A program made the translations under genes and the position numbers. From contig MRSU01005112.1 in assembly GCA_008369845.1 (NCBI GenBank), positions 1 through 37,210 of the forward strand: a stretch of 37,210 nucleotides of DNA. The letters run 5' to 3'. Below the pieces are notes generated by a model. That model had not been told where the DNA came from. It was given only the letters and a program-made list of their open reading frames with translations, and did not search any database. Within the stretch, counting starts at the first letter, position 1, and every line of letters starts with the position of its first letter. This document shows, in pieces, positions 20,064 through 30,239 of the stretch. Origin of the DNA: Trichomonas gallinae (lineage: Eukaryota).

Positions 20064-21383
20064 TTATTCGGCGACTTCATCAGCGTGCTTTGATTCCTGG
20101 ATGACCCTGTTGTACTCCTCGATGTGCTGGTCGAGTGTAGCAAGCAACTCGTTGAGCTGCTGGATCTTTCTCTGCAGAGAATCTCTTCTGTTAGTCAGAA
20201 GTTGTTTGTGCTCAGTCAAAGAGTTGATGTCGCTCATCAGGTCCTCAAGGCGGGTTGACTGTGACCAGTTCCACACGCTCTGCACGTCTATAGGCTTCAC
20301 GTTGAGCGATGCAAGACGTGTGCACAAGTCTTCGAGGACGACAGGCGACTTTTTGACGCCAGAACCTTTGCGTCCTCTTGCTGAGTTCGGCTGCTTCTTG
20401 GGACTCTGGCGCTCGAGGAGGGCTTGAACTCTCTTTTGGAGCTCGTCGTGCTGCTGGTTGATGCTAGCGAGCCTTTCTTCTTCGCGCTGCTTCTCTTCTT
20501 TGAGGTCGTTCGCGTCGACTGTGTTTGGAAGAAAGTCTGACACGTCTCCGAGCAGTGCGTTGTCGTCATTTAAGATCTTCTTCTGTGCCAGGAGGTCCTG
20601 GTTCTTTCTGCGGGCTGCGCTGAGTCTTCCCGCTGTGTCACCGTAATCTTCGATCTGGCGAGCTAAAGATTCAATGTCTTCGTAGTTAATTGAGTCCGGT
20701 GGAGGTATACTATCTATCTTGTTGTTTAAATCCTGTATCCTCTTTTGAGCAAGGTCCTTCTCTGCAACCAATGTTGCAATGTCGTCTAAATAGTCGTTGA
20801 TTCTTTGATTGTAGACCGGCTTTGTCTTATCAAGGCGTCTCTGAAGAAGCTGAAGTGTATTTTCTGAGAAAAGATCAAGAATGAAAAGATAATCTTCATG
20901 ATCGTTTTCATCTTGTGTAGAATTGTTCAGGTCAACGATAACTTCGCAGATCTTCTTCATCTGTGGGTTTTCGAATGTGTATGAGTATAACAAGTCAGCA
21001 GGCGTGAATTTATCTTTATTAATATTTGCATTAATTTTCATGAGCATTTCTTGAAGGATTCGAATTTCTTCATGCAACTGTTCGCGATCAGCGTTCAGTG
21101 AATTGATCGTTTTGCATAATTGCGCAACTCTTTTATCAGAGCTTAAAATTAGCGTTGATTTCTGCGTTCCTTTTGACGAAACCGTTGATGGTGAGTGATT
21201 GAGCTGCTGAGAAGCTCTAGAAGATACATCTCTCATGCTCGAATACATCTCTGATTCCTTTTCAGAGAGTTGACGCAAGTGATCGAGCGATCTGTTGTAT
21301 AATTCCTCAAGCTTCGGCCTCGTGAGCTTGTTCACTGACATAGGATTACTAATATAAGGCTGCCACCACGAAGATCCAGACAT
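20064..21383 (-). CDS. Coiled-coil hypothetical protein (439 aa)
   Basis: Long ORF with heptad-rich segments; M2-like AAAGTGAC on the minus strand at 21416-21423; stop in TAAA. Confidence 0.82.
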   Translation of the reverse strand: MSGSSWWQPYISNPMSVNKLTRPKLEELYNRSLDHLRQLSEKESEMYSSMRDVSSRASQQLNHSPSTVSSKGTQKSTLILSSDKRVAQLCKTINSLNADREQLHEEIRILQEMLMKINANINKDKFTPADLLYSYTFENPQMKKICEVIVDLNNSTQDENDHEDYLFILDLFSENTLQLLQRRLDKTKPVYNQRINDYLDDIATLVAEKDLAQKRIQDLNNKIDSIPPPDSINYEDIESLARQIEDYGDTAGRLSAARRKNQDLLAQKKILNDDNALLGDVSDFLPNTVDANDLKEEKQREEERLASINQQHDELQKRVQALLERQSPKKQPNSARGRKGSGVKKSPVVLEDLCTRLASLNVKPIDVQSVWNWSQSTRLEDLMSDINSLTEHKQLLTNRRDSLQRKIQQLNELLATLDQHIEEYNRVIQESKHADEVAE

Positions 21384-21452
21384 TTAAATTTTTTTTTTCG
21401 TTGAAAAATAACAACGTCACTTTTTTTATTTACGTTTGTAACAAAAATAAAG

Positions 21453-21549
21453 TGTCAAAATGTCATATTTATCATGTAAAATGGCAAAAATCATATTTGT
21501 AACGTAAAATGTCAAAAACGTCATATTTGTAAAGTAAAGTGTCAAAAAG
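21453..21549. repeat. ~29-bp tandem repeat (3.3 copies)
   Basis: Units start at 21453, 21482, 21510 and 21540 with consensus TG(T/G)CAAAA..TCATATTT(G/A)T...GTAAA. Confidence 0.8.
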
Positions 21550-23341
21550 TACCATAAGGATTAATAGATATTATATGTAGGCTAACTTAATTTTGCCACT
21601 TTCAAAGTTCGATTTTTGTTAATCTTTTCATTGAGTCCATGCGGAAGTTTTAGTGACTCCTATAGGATGAGTCGCTTGCCTCCAGTTATGGCCTATTTGT
21701 GAGATTTGAGTTTATAAACTATCTATGATTAGGACCAAAATTGCTAAAATCAGAGAATAAAATTTCCATTTTTATCCCGAAAATTGTAGAGTTTTTAGAC
21801 AAAAGTAAATTATTATAACAGATTCTTCAATGCCAATGAAGAAGAAATGTCAGATCTATTTCAAGCGACCTCTATAAGCAGAATAATAAAATAATTGCGA
21901 ACGTATCATAAATTATTTATATTCAAAATTGATTTATATACGGTTTTCGCCATTCAATTATTTGTTTTTAGTCCAGCTTAATTACCCAATAGCAGAACCA
22001 TATTCTCACAGACCATCAAAAAATGAATTGCATTTTTTTAGAAAACTTATCAATTAGTCATCTGACACTTACATAGTCTGCTACCAAAGTTTGGTACAGA
22101 TAAACTGTGCAATTCTGAGTTTCAGTACCTAATTCACAAAAAATTATCAACTTATTTTTTCTGATTTTTTTTGTTCGTAATAAAATAAATGCATTTTCAT
22201 CATATATTATGCTTCTCCACATTGCCATTCGTGTAAGGAACTGTAATTTTGGAAGGAAGTTTTCAAATATAGTAAACTTCTAATTATATATTAATATTCC
22301 TATTTTATGTTCATTTTCTATAAAATAACGTGAAACCAAGTTGATCAGTACATGAATGCTGATTGAAAATAAGAACTGTAATTTTTCCAAACAGAAAATC
22401 ACATATTGAATAGTAATGCCACCCTAAAACTGATAAAAATCAGACCCATACATGCTATAGATCATATTAATTTTCCTTTCGAATTCCAAAAAGAAGAAAT
22501 GAAAAGTTTTTTTATTTTTCTTAACTGGTCTGATGGATAACTTATTAATCATAATCATCCGATTTCTATGCCGCGCATAAATCAATGCTTCAATTTAATT
22601 GTGAGAGAGTAATGATCAATCTAAAACATAAATTTCCATTGTTTTCCGCTTCCTTTGCTGCTAATCAATATATTCATCAAATAAAATTCGAGTTTTGAGA
22701 AAAGAAATTTTATAAGTATTAATATGGAAATATATAAAAATACAATTCTCAAGTAAAAAAAAGATATTAAAAATTTGAAAAGACTTAATGATCACTTTTC
22801 ATTGAATTGAAAAGTGTAATAGCAAACAAACTAACAAATCGCATATGAAAATAAAAATCAACAAAAAAAAGTTCTATTGTTCATTTTTCAATTTAAAATC
22901 AAATTTTGTTCTGATCGTTAGATCCATTTTACCAAAATTCAAATAAATAATGCAGATTTTAAAAATTAATATAAAACAATTTTATAACTCTCTCAATTCA
23001 TTAATTTTTTAAAAATTAGTTAACTCGATATTATAGTCATTTTTAAATTACCATTTTTCAAATTTTAACGTCGAAATTTTTTCGTCATTTTTTCGATATT
23101 AAATTGATTTTCATAATTTGATTAACTTTTGTTTTTAATTTGAATAATTTTCAATTTTACTCTCAATTGATTTATGAAACAAAAATCTTCACTATAATTA
23201 ATCTGGTTTAATTATTAAATAAAAATATTGAATGCATATTCAAAATATTTCAATACATTATTTTTCGCTTATGCTAATGGATGTATATTAGCATATATTT
23301 CAGTTAATTTTTTTCTTTTTCAATTACAAAATATAAAAAAG

Positions 23342-24223
23342 ATGGATGACCTTGATAGGACCTTCATGGAAGAGAATGGATTTGAGTTTATGAGTGTCAT
23401 CGGGCATGGCAGCTTCGGCGTCATCTATCAAGTATTCAGTCGTCAGTATAACATGGATTTTGCTCTCAAGAGAGTTTTAAGAGAAAAGTTCATGGATAAC
23501 GAAATCGAATGCATGATTGCTATTAGAAGCTCATCAATTGTACCTCTATTCAAGTATTTCTACTATGATAAGTACGTGTACCTCGTTATGGAATATTGTC
23601 CATCAACGGTAGAGAAAGCGGTCAAAGAAGAGCTAACGATTCTTAAACAATACCAGTTGGCACTTGGAATGGCAATGTCTGTGCAGAGCTGCCACGAGTT
23701 TCAAATTGGACATTGTGATATCAAGCCTAGTAACTTTTTATTAGATAAAAATGGCAGAGTTAAGATATGCGACTTCGGTATGTCAAAGAAAATCAATCTG
23801 AATGGTGATAACGTTTTAGTTGGAGGAACAATTATGTTCCTTGCCCCAGAAATTTTATCAAAACACCAATTCGATCCATTAAAGGCTGATATTTGGGCAC
23901 TTGGAGTATCATTTTTCTACCTTGTCACAGGAAAATATCCATGGGCTATGGAATCTCAAAAATTAATGCTTCAAACTATACATCACTGCATATACGACGA
24001 AGGCGAAATCCCAGATCTGTTCTTCAAGCAACTTATTAAGGATTGCTTAAGCTTAGATCCTTCTAAAAGGCCAACGGCAACTGATATAGTTAATAGTATT
24101 AAGAAGAAACTAGATTCAGGAAGAAAGAAGATTGTCCGTCCACATTCGACAGTGTTCGTGAGATCTTCTTCATTACTGTTATCTCCTGGCTCAAACGCAA
24201 GTTTCAGATTGACTGCGAATTAA
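23342..24223 (+). CDS. Ser/Thr protein kinase, CAMK-like, non-RD (293 aa)
   Basis: GHGSFG, FALK, NEIE, HCDIKPSN, DFG, FLAPE, DIWALG and RPTA are all present. The track start at 23228 is TTG in AT-rich DNA; the first ATG is 23342. Confidence 0.93.
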   Translation: MDDLDRTFMEENGFEFMSVIGHGSFGVIYQVFSRQYNMDFALKRVLREKFMDNEIECMIAIRSSSIVPLFKYFYYDKYVYLVMEYCPSTVEKAVKEELTILKQYQLALGMAMSVQSCHEFQIGHCDIKPSNFLLDKNGRVKICDFGMSKKINLNGDNVLVGGTIMFLAPEILSKHQFDPLKADIWALGVSFFYLVTGKYPWAMESQKLMLQTIHHCIYDEGEIPDLFFKQLIKDCLSLDPSKRPTATDIVNSIKKKLDSGRKKIVRPHSTVFVRSSSLLLSPGSNASFRLTAN

Positions 24224-24722
24224 TTTGTTATTCGTTATTTGTTAATAAAAACTATATTAATAATATTTTATTGTTCCTGTTAAGCAAATACTGTAATGAG
24301 CACAGTTTATATCTTTAAATATTATTTATCGAAATAATGATGTATAATATTATGCTTTTCCAAGCTTATATGTAATTATAACACTATTAAGATACAATAA
24401 TTATGAGGCTAATTCTTAATAATTTTATAGAAATTTAATCCACCTGAATCAAATTATGCATTATTCCTTTCGTATTTTAGAAATATGCTAGGAAATTGTT
24501 TCATAACAAGTTTGTAGAGTTGTTAATCAATGAAATCAAAAAATAATTTTTTCTTACATGCCATATTTACATGGCAAATAATTCATTTGAGCAATTTGAC
24601 AATTTCATCTATTTACTTGTCAAAATAGATATTTTTTTATAACGTTATTTTTGAATTAACATGTCAGATTCGATAATTTTTGACACTTGTTTCATTGTAA
24701 TTTGTCCTTTGTTATATGATAT

Positions 24723-25020
24723 AATTTGAAATTGAAGCTCCAAACTTTGCACACATTCATACCACTTCTGAGTAATGCTTTTTCAGGTCTATTTCATTTT
24801 TGACTATCTTAGAAAATCTGTCATGTAAAAATATATTTCTGACATTTGACAATAAATGTATTTGCAATAAATGAAAAATTGGAATTGAAGCTCCAAACTT
24901 TGGATTTATTCATTTTCTGAACAGATAATGTTTACTATCATGTCTAATTTCTTTTTGACATTTTTGGAAATTCTGCCATGTAATGTCAAAAATAATTTAC
25001 ATTTGGAGAATAATAAACGG
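24723..25020. repeat. ~153-bp degenerate tandem duplication upstream of the coiled-coil gene
   Basis: AATTGAAGCTCCAAACTTTG is identical at 24730-24749 and 24883-24902. Each copy is followed by ATTCAT, TAATG, GTCTA, TTTTTGAC and TCTG(T/C)CATGTAA. Confidence 0.8.
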
Positions 25021-25027
25021 TCTCACA

Positions 25028-27646
25028 ATGGAAGATTCTTGTTCAAGTTTTTATAATACAGAGAAAGAAGAGAGCAACAATGATCACGAGAAGGAAATTG
25101 CCATCAAAAATTTAACATACCAGAACGAGAGACTCCAGGAAATGAATAATCAGCTCCAATCTTCACTCGATGCAGTGAAATGTCAGCTCAAAGAGGCTTT
25201 GACGTATAAAAATTCGATATCATCAATAGGACAGCAGATAGAAACACTCCAAGACAAATTATCTGAAACAACAGAAGAAAATAAGAAATTAAATAAGCGA
25301 ATTCAAACTTTGACAAGCCAAAAGGAAGAAAACGAGAAAAATTATAAAGATGAAGTTACAAAGGTTACAACACAGCTAAATAACACACTACAAACCATGC
25401 AAAAACTCAAAGATAAGAATTTAAGATACAGAAAAGAACGCGAAGATATAATTTCCGAACTCTCAAAGAAACAGGAACTCAATGAAGCAGTAGGAACAGA
25501 ACTTCAAAAGCTTCAAAAGAAGAAGAAAAGAATTTTAGAAAAATACAATGAAGTAAATTCATCAAATCAGCAAATGAAAGTTGCCATTACTGAGAGTGAA
25601 AGAACGATTCAAAGCATCACGGCCGAAAATAAACTACTCAAACAAGAGATTGATGATCTAAAATTACAAATTGGAACGCAACAAGCCCTCCAAGGTGGCA
25701 ATTCCACAGCTATCACACGCTTAAATGACGAACTCAAAATAAAGACCGAGAGTATTTCAGCTCTTGAAGAAACAATTAAATCTCAAAGCCATGAAATAGA
25801 AGGATTAATCGGACAACGTGAACGTCTTATTGCCCTTCTCCAGAAATTACATTGTGCCATGTGCAAGAATGAGACAGTTACAGCGAATTTGAAATCAGAT
25901 CTTGATTCAATGAAAATAAAGTGCTCACAAATGAATACAAAGCAGCTTAAGATTGTTCCAGAGCAGAACTTCTCATTAGCCAACTTAACCATTCCGTTTA
26001 CTGGAGCTTTGGGCGAGGAATGCGAAAAGATCATCAAATATGAGCATTATCAGCCACAGCAACGCCTACAGATTATCTTTAACGAAGCAGAAAAGAAGAT
26101 CTCAGAGCTCAGCACTTCCCTTCAACAATTCCAAGAAAATTCTGCTAAATTAGAAGAAAGTGCAAAAACCAATGAAGAAAAGGCAACAATCAACGCAGAA
26201 ATGATGGCAGCAACAATGAAGGACTTAAAGAACCTCGCATCTAATGAAACGCAGTTTTCAAGAACAGCAGGAATTAAGGATGATAGGAATTTCATATCTT
26301 TCGTTGCCCAAAAATGCTCTGAAGTTGATCCAATAATCAAATCAATATCCGTTGACAATCCTAAGTACATCCCATCATATTTCTTCTTCACAGACGACAC
26401 AGAACAAAGAATACAAACATTACAACGTTTATTATCTCCAAGCGATGAAACATTTTCATTGTTCATTACTCAGTTCATGATAAACATGCAGCTGAGACGC
26501 CAACTCGCGAAGGCAACAGCAGCAGCTGATGATCTTTTGCAGACACAGACAGTCATACAACAAGTCGGTGTACAGAGAATTGAAGAGATTCCAAATCTTG
26601 TCGATGATTTGAAACTTCAAATCGACAAACTTACAAACGCCAGGTTATCATTGAGAAAGTCTTTGAAGCAGAGCCAGGCAGCATTAGTACAGCAGAACAA
26701 GTATGACACTGACTCCCAGATCAGCTTCGAGAGGGCTCAGCTGCAGGTCGACACATTGAAGAACGAAAATGAAATTCTCGAAGTCAAAGTAAATGTTCTT
26801 GAAACAGACTTAAAGAACAAAGAAGCCGAGATCAAATCACTCACGAAACAACTCTCTGATGCCATAGTTAAATCAACATCAGAAAGAGAATCAGAACTTG
26901 AATATGAAATACAGCAAAAGCAGCAAACAATCGATAATTTAACCGAGCAAGTTTCTTCTCTTAAGGCAGCTGTTGAAGGGGCTGCATCAATTCAAGCGCG
27001 CGCATTGAAGAAGCAAGAGGTCGCACATAGAAGAGACCTCGAAGAGTTCAACTCCCAGTTAGCTCAAGTTGTCGAAGAGAGCGAGAAAAGAGTCAACAAG
27101 TCTAAGAAGATGATCCGCGCACTGAAGGCTTCACATCAACAGGAAATTGAGAAAATGAAGAATGATTATGACGCATCTAAGAATGCTTTAGAGCAGTCCA
27201 ACGCAGTCCTTGTTGCTAAAGGCAAGGAAGCAATGGAGAGTGCTCAGAAGCTGATAAATTCATTATCAGAATCAGAAAAAGAAATCCAAAAACTTATAAC
27301 AGAAAATGCCAAACTTTCTGCTACACAAAAATCTCTTGAAGTTCAGCTCGCTGCAGCCAAAGACAGGAATATCAAGGAGAAGCAGAACGCACAGAACCAA
27401 GTTGCCGCACAGCAGCTCGCAATCGAGTCAAGAATACAAGAACGCGCATCACAAATCAAAGCAGATTTTAATGAGCAAAAGAAGGCCCTGTTTGCTTCTG
27501 TCATCAAAACTATTGGCGCTGTTTACGGCGTTGATCAGCAGACATTCGATGAACAGACACTCGAACAGCTGATGGTTCAGGCACAGCAAGATCTCGAGAA
27601 GCTGAAAATGTTCCAGACTTCTCCATGCTGCATGTTAGAGCATTAA
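25028..27646 (+). CDS. Long coiled-coil protein (~872 aa), golgin/cytoskeletal-like
   Basis: Two long heptad regions separated by a globular segment. The upstream ATG at 24983 lies inside the promoter repeat, so 25028 (MEDSCSS) is preferred; the start is uncertain. Confidence 0.85.
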   Translation: MEDSCSSFYNTEKEESNNDHEKEIAIKNLTYQNERLQEMNNQLQSSLDAVKCQLKEALTYKNSISSIGQQIETLQDKLSETTEENKKLNKRIQTLTSQKEENEKNYKDEVTKVTTQLNNTLQTMQKLKDKNLRYRKEREDIISELSKKQELNEAVGTELQKLQKKKKRILEKYNEVNSSNQQMKVAITESERTIQSITAENKLLKQEIDDLKLQIGTQQALQGGNSTAITRLNDELKIKTESISALEETIKSQSHEIEGLIGQRERLIALLQKLHCAMCKNETVTANLKSDLDSMKIKCSQMNTKQLKIVPEQNFSLANLTIPFTGALGEECEKIIKYEHYQPQQRLQIIFNEAEKKISELSTSLQQFQENSAKLEESAKTNEEKATINAEMMAATMKDLKNLASNETQFSRTAGIKDDRNFISFVAQKCSEVDPIIKSISVDNPKYIPSYFFFTDDTEQRIQTLQRLLSPSDETFSLFITQFMINMQLRRQLAKATAAADDLLQTQTVIQQVGVQRIEEIPNLVDDLKLQIDKLTNARLSLRKSLKQSQAALVQQNKYDTDSQISFERAQLQVDTLKNENEILEVKVNVLETDLKNKEAEIKSLTKQLSDAIVKSTSERESELEYEIQQKQQTIDNLTEQVSSLKAAVEGAASIQARALKKQEVAHRRDLEEFNSQLAQVVEESEKRVNKSKKMIRALKASHQQEIEKMKNDYDASKNALEQSNAVLVAKGKEAMESAQKLINSLSESEKEIQKLITENAKLSATQKSLEVQLAAAKDRNIKEKQNAQNQVAAQQLAIESRIQERASQIKADFNEQKKALFASVIKTIGAVYGVDQQTFDEQTLEQLMVQAQQDLEKLKMFQTSPCCMLEH

Positions 27647-28174
27647 TTTATTTTTTATTAATTTGTTCGCATTAATTTTTGTAAATTATTTTATCGTTTT
27701 AAATCAATTTTTATATTTCCTGAAATATGCTGACACATTCATCATCACAACACAATCCTTCCAAGCTAGATAAAGTATGCTATCATTTTTTTGTATAAGA
27801 TTAATTCAGCAATATTCACCTTCCTGAATTAACTCGGTGGATTTTGACAAATGCAAGAAATTGGATTCAGCACCTTTGTTTAAAGACATATACTAATGAT
27901 AAAAACATTTTTTTTTAATTTTTGAAAATTCATGTAATTTGCATTCGTTCACAATCAAAACAGATACAAATTGATGTAGGAATGTTGTTAATCATCGAGA
28001 AATTCAATCAAAACTAATTATTTGGTCTGAATCATATTTCATTTCTCTTAATAATGATTTTTGTTGTTACTGACTGACTTAAATATTTTCTATTAACTTC
28101 ATATAGTTATAATATAGATATTAGAAGCGCAAAAAATGAATTTGGAAAAAATGCATGTCACTTTTCTTATTATA

Positions 28175-29275
28175 ATGAATCAAGAAACAATTGCGACTGC
28201 TGCTGATATTGAGCAAAAAACCATTCATATAATTCAAAATGGCACTTTAGATGACTTTATTGCTCTTGGAATTGGAAGTTCGGATATAAATCACAACTTA
28301 TCTATTTCTTCATCGATAAAAATTGTTTCAAGATCAAAGAAATGCCCATTCAAAGAAATATCATGCCCAACTATTGTTATTCTAGCGATTTTATGCGAAA
28401 GAAATGATATTTTGACTTACATATTAGATAATTTAAATCCAAATTTATCGATTTCAGTAAATGGCTGGTATCCAATACACTACGCTGCGTGCACAGGAGA
28501 TTATAAATGCATGCAAACATTGCTAAAGGTTCAATACATTCAAGAACATATCGAAATTCCAATTATTCCATCATTTAGTGTTGATGCTGATCCATCTTAT
28601 TATACAACAGCCTTACATATAGCAGTTACAAACCACAGACATGCTCAGGTTTTACTTTTGACTTCTCCTTTGCCTGATATAATTTATACAGATTCTGGAA
28701 TTAAATCTCATACAAAAATACCATCGGAATTTCAACCAGCAAATATTTATCAACTGTCTTTGCAAGGAAATTCAGCGCTTCACATTGCAACAAAAATAGC
28801 TGATTCTGATCTTGTCAGAATTTTGCTCAATGCTGGTGCGGATCCTGAACTAGTCAACAAAAACAACGTTAATTCAATACAATTAGCAAATTCTCTCGGT
28901 TTAATTGAAATATATGAAATTTTAAATACTCAAAATATAGGCGATACAGACTTTTACGAGAAATACTATGATCATGTAGATTTTCAAAATATGAACAAAG
29001 ATGACGAAGAAGAAGATGAGAAAGATTCATCGAAAATTAGCTTTGCTTCTAAGTCAGAAGTATCAGAACTTCAAGAAGAATTAAATAGAATGATTTATCA
29101 AATACAAGACTTGAGTATGATGATCCACGAACTTGAAACTAAAAATAAACCAGAAACCAAACATGTTTGTCATAGATGCGGCGCATTAACAGAGACACTA
29201 TGCACCACTTGCTCTGAATACTTCTGCGATCAATGCATTAAAAAAGATAATCATTCTGACAATAGATCAAATTAG
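28175..29275 (+). CDS. Ankyrin-repeat protein with coiled coil and C-terminal B-box-like zinc finger (~366 aa)
   Basis: GWYPIHYAACTGD, TTALHIAV and GNSALHIATK..LLNAGADP ankyrin repeats; C-terminal CHRC-x7-CTTC-x4-CDQC-x5-H. The Inr TCACTT at 28158-28163 favours ATG 28175 over 28136. Confidence 0.85.
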   Translation: MNQETIATAADIEQKTIHIIQNGTLDDFIALGIGSSDINHNLSISSSIKIVSRSKKCPFKEISCPTIVILAILCERNDILTYILDNLNPNLSISVNGWYPIHYAACTGDYKCMQTLLKVQYIQEHIEIPIIPSFSVDADPSYYTTALHIAVTNHRHAQVLLLTSPLPDIIYTDSGIKSHTKIPSEFQPANIYQLSLQGNSALHIATKIADSDLVRILLNAGADPELVNKNNVNSIQLANSLGLIEIYEILNTQNIGDTDFYEKYYDHVDFQNMNKDDEEEDEKDSSKISFASKSEVSELQEELNRMIYQIQDLSMMIHELETKNKPETKHVCHRCGALTETLCTTCSEYFCDQCIKKDNHSDNRSN

Positions 29276-30223
29276 GTGCTTTAATTGTTTTATTTTTGTT
29301 CATTTTGTCATAAAGTGTTTATTGTTTCATTTAATTTCAGCTTTTTTGCTAATTTTTTTTGTTTTATCGAATTTGATTTTTGGGTTCCTGTAAGAAAGAT
29401 AATGAAAATAAGCAACAAGAAAAATCTATTTTTTAATTGCAAATTGCTGAAAAAGTGAAAATGAAAAATACGCTATTACAATATGAAAAATAATCAAACA
29501 AACGAAGTAAATCAGATATATATGGTCATGGTTAGAATGATAAGTTTGTATTTTGTGCTGGTAACACTAGTTTTTGAGTTTTGATCTTTTAATTTGAGGC
29601 TAGTTTTAATATATACTAATTGAAAAACATGATTATTTTGTATCAATATCATATAGAGCATATTAACATATAAAAATTTGAGTCGGCTCAAAATAAATTT
29701 AATTTTTATTCATATTTGTAATTAATTTAAAATGCAATTGATAAAATTATCTGCAATTTTGAATAAATTTTGCAAATTATTGCAGACTTTTGAGAGGATT
29801 GAGAAGAGCAGAGCGAAGCTAATCTCAATCCTCTCAAATAGTCTGATATAATTTTGCATTCATTATCATATTTCAATTTTGAGAACAATATGTGTGGCTT
29901 CTTGAGTAGTGTATTAAACTCACAAGTTTTCACATATTTTAGTTCTCAAAATTGAATTAAAGTAATAAATTATTTTTTATTTTAAACTATAGGCATTAAA
30001 GAGAATGTCAAACGAATTACGCCAACATTTATTAAAAAACGATAAAAAACTCAGAGGAGATTTTATTTATTTTAAGACATATTGTTAATTGTTTTTATAT
30101 ATTCTATTTTTTTGAAAGACTCTGAATTCAGAAATTGAGAGAACTCTGCCAAAATATGAAGATATTATATCCAAATTACCTATGAGTAAAATAAATGTAA
30201 AATTTCGCCAAAAAAAGTTATCA

Positions 30224-30231
30224 AAAGTGAC
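30224..30231 (+). promoter_or_regulatory. M2-like AAAGTGAC motif
   Basis: Exact match to the recalled T. vaginalis M2 motif, 8 nt before ATG 30240. Confidence 0.5.
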
Positions 30232-30239
30232 AATTTTTA

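Noticed and set aside
21652..21676. Hairpin AGTGACTC-9 nt-GAGTCGCT
   Set aside because: An 8-bp stem with one G-U pair is expected by chance in 37 kb; no snoRNA or tRNA boxes around it.
21560..22700. Long intergenic stretch with patches of coding-like sequence
   Set aside because: The frames I translated gave only short peptides with no recognisable family; it may be very old pseudogene debris but cannot be supported.
23228..23341. Hydrophobic N-terminal extension of the kinase in the ORF track
   Set aside because: It starts at TTG in T-rich promoter DNA; eukaryotic initiation at ATG 23342 gives a normal kinase N-terminus.
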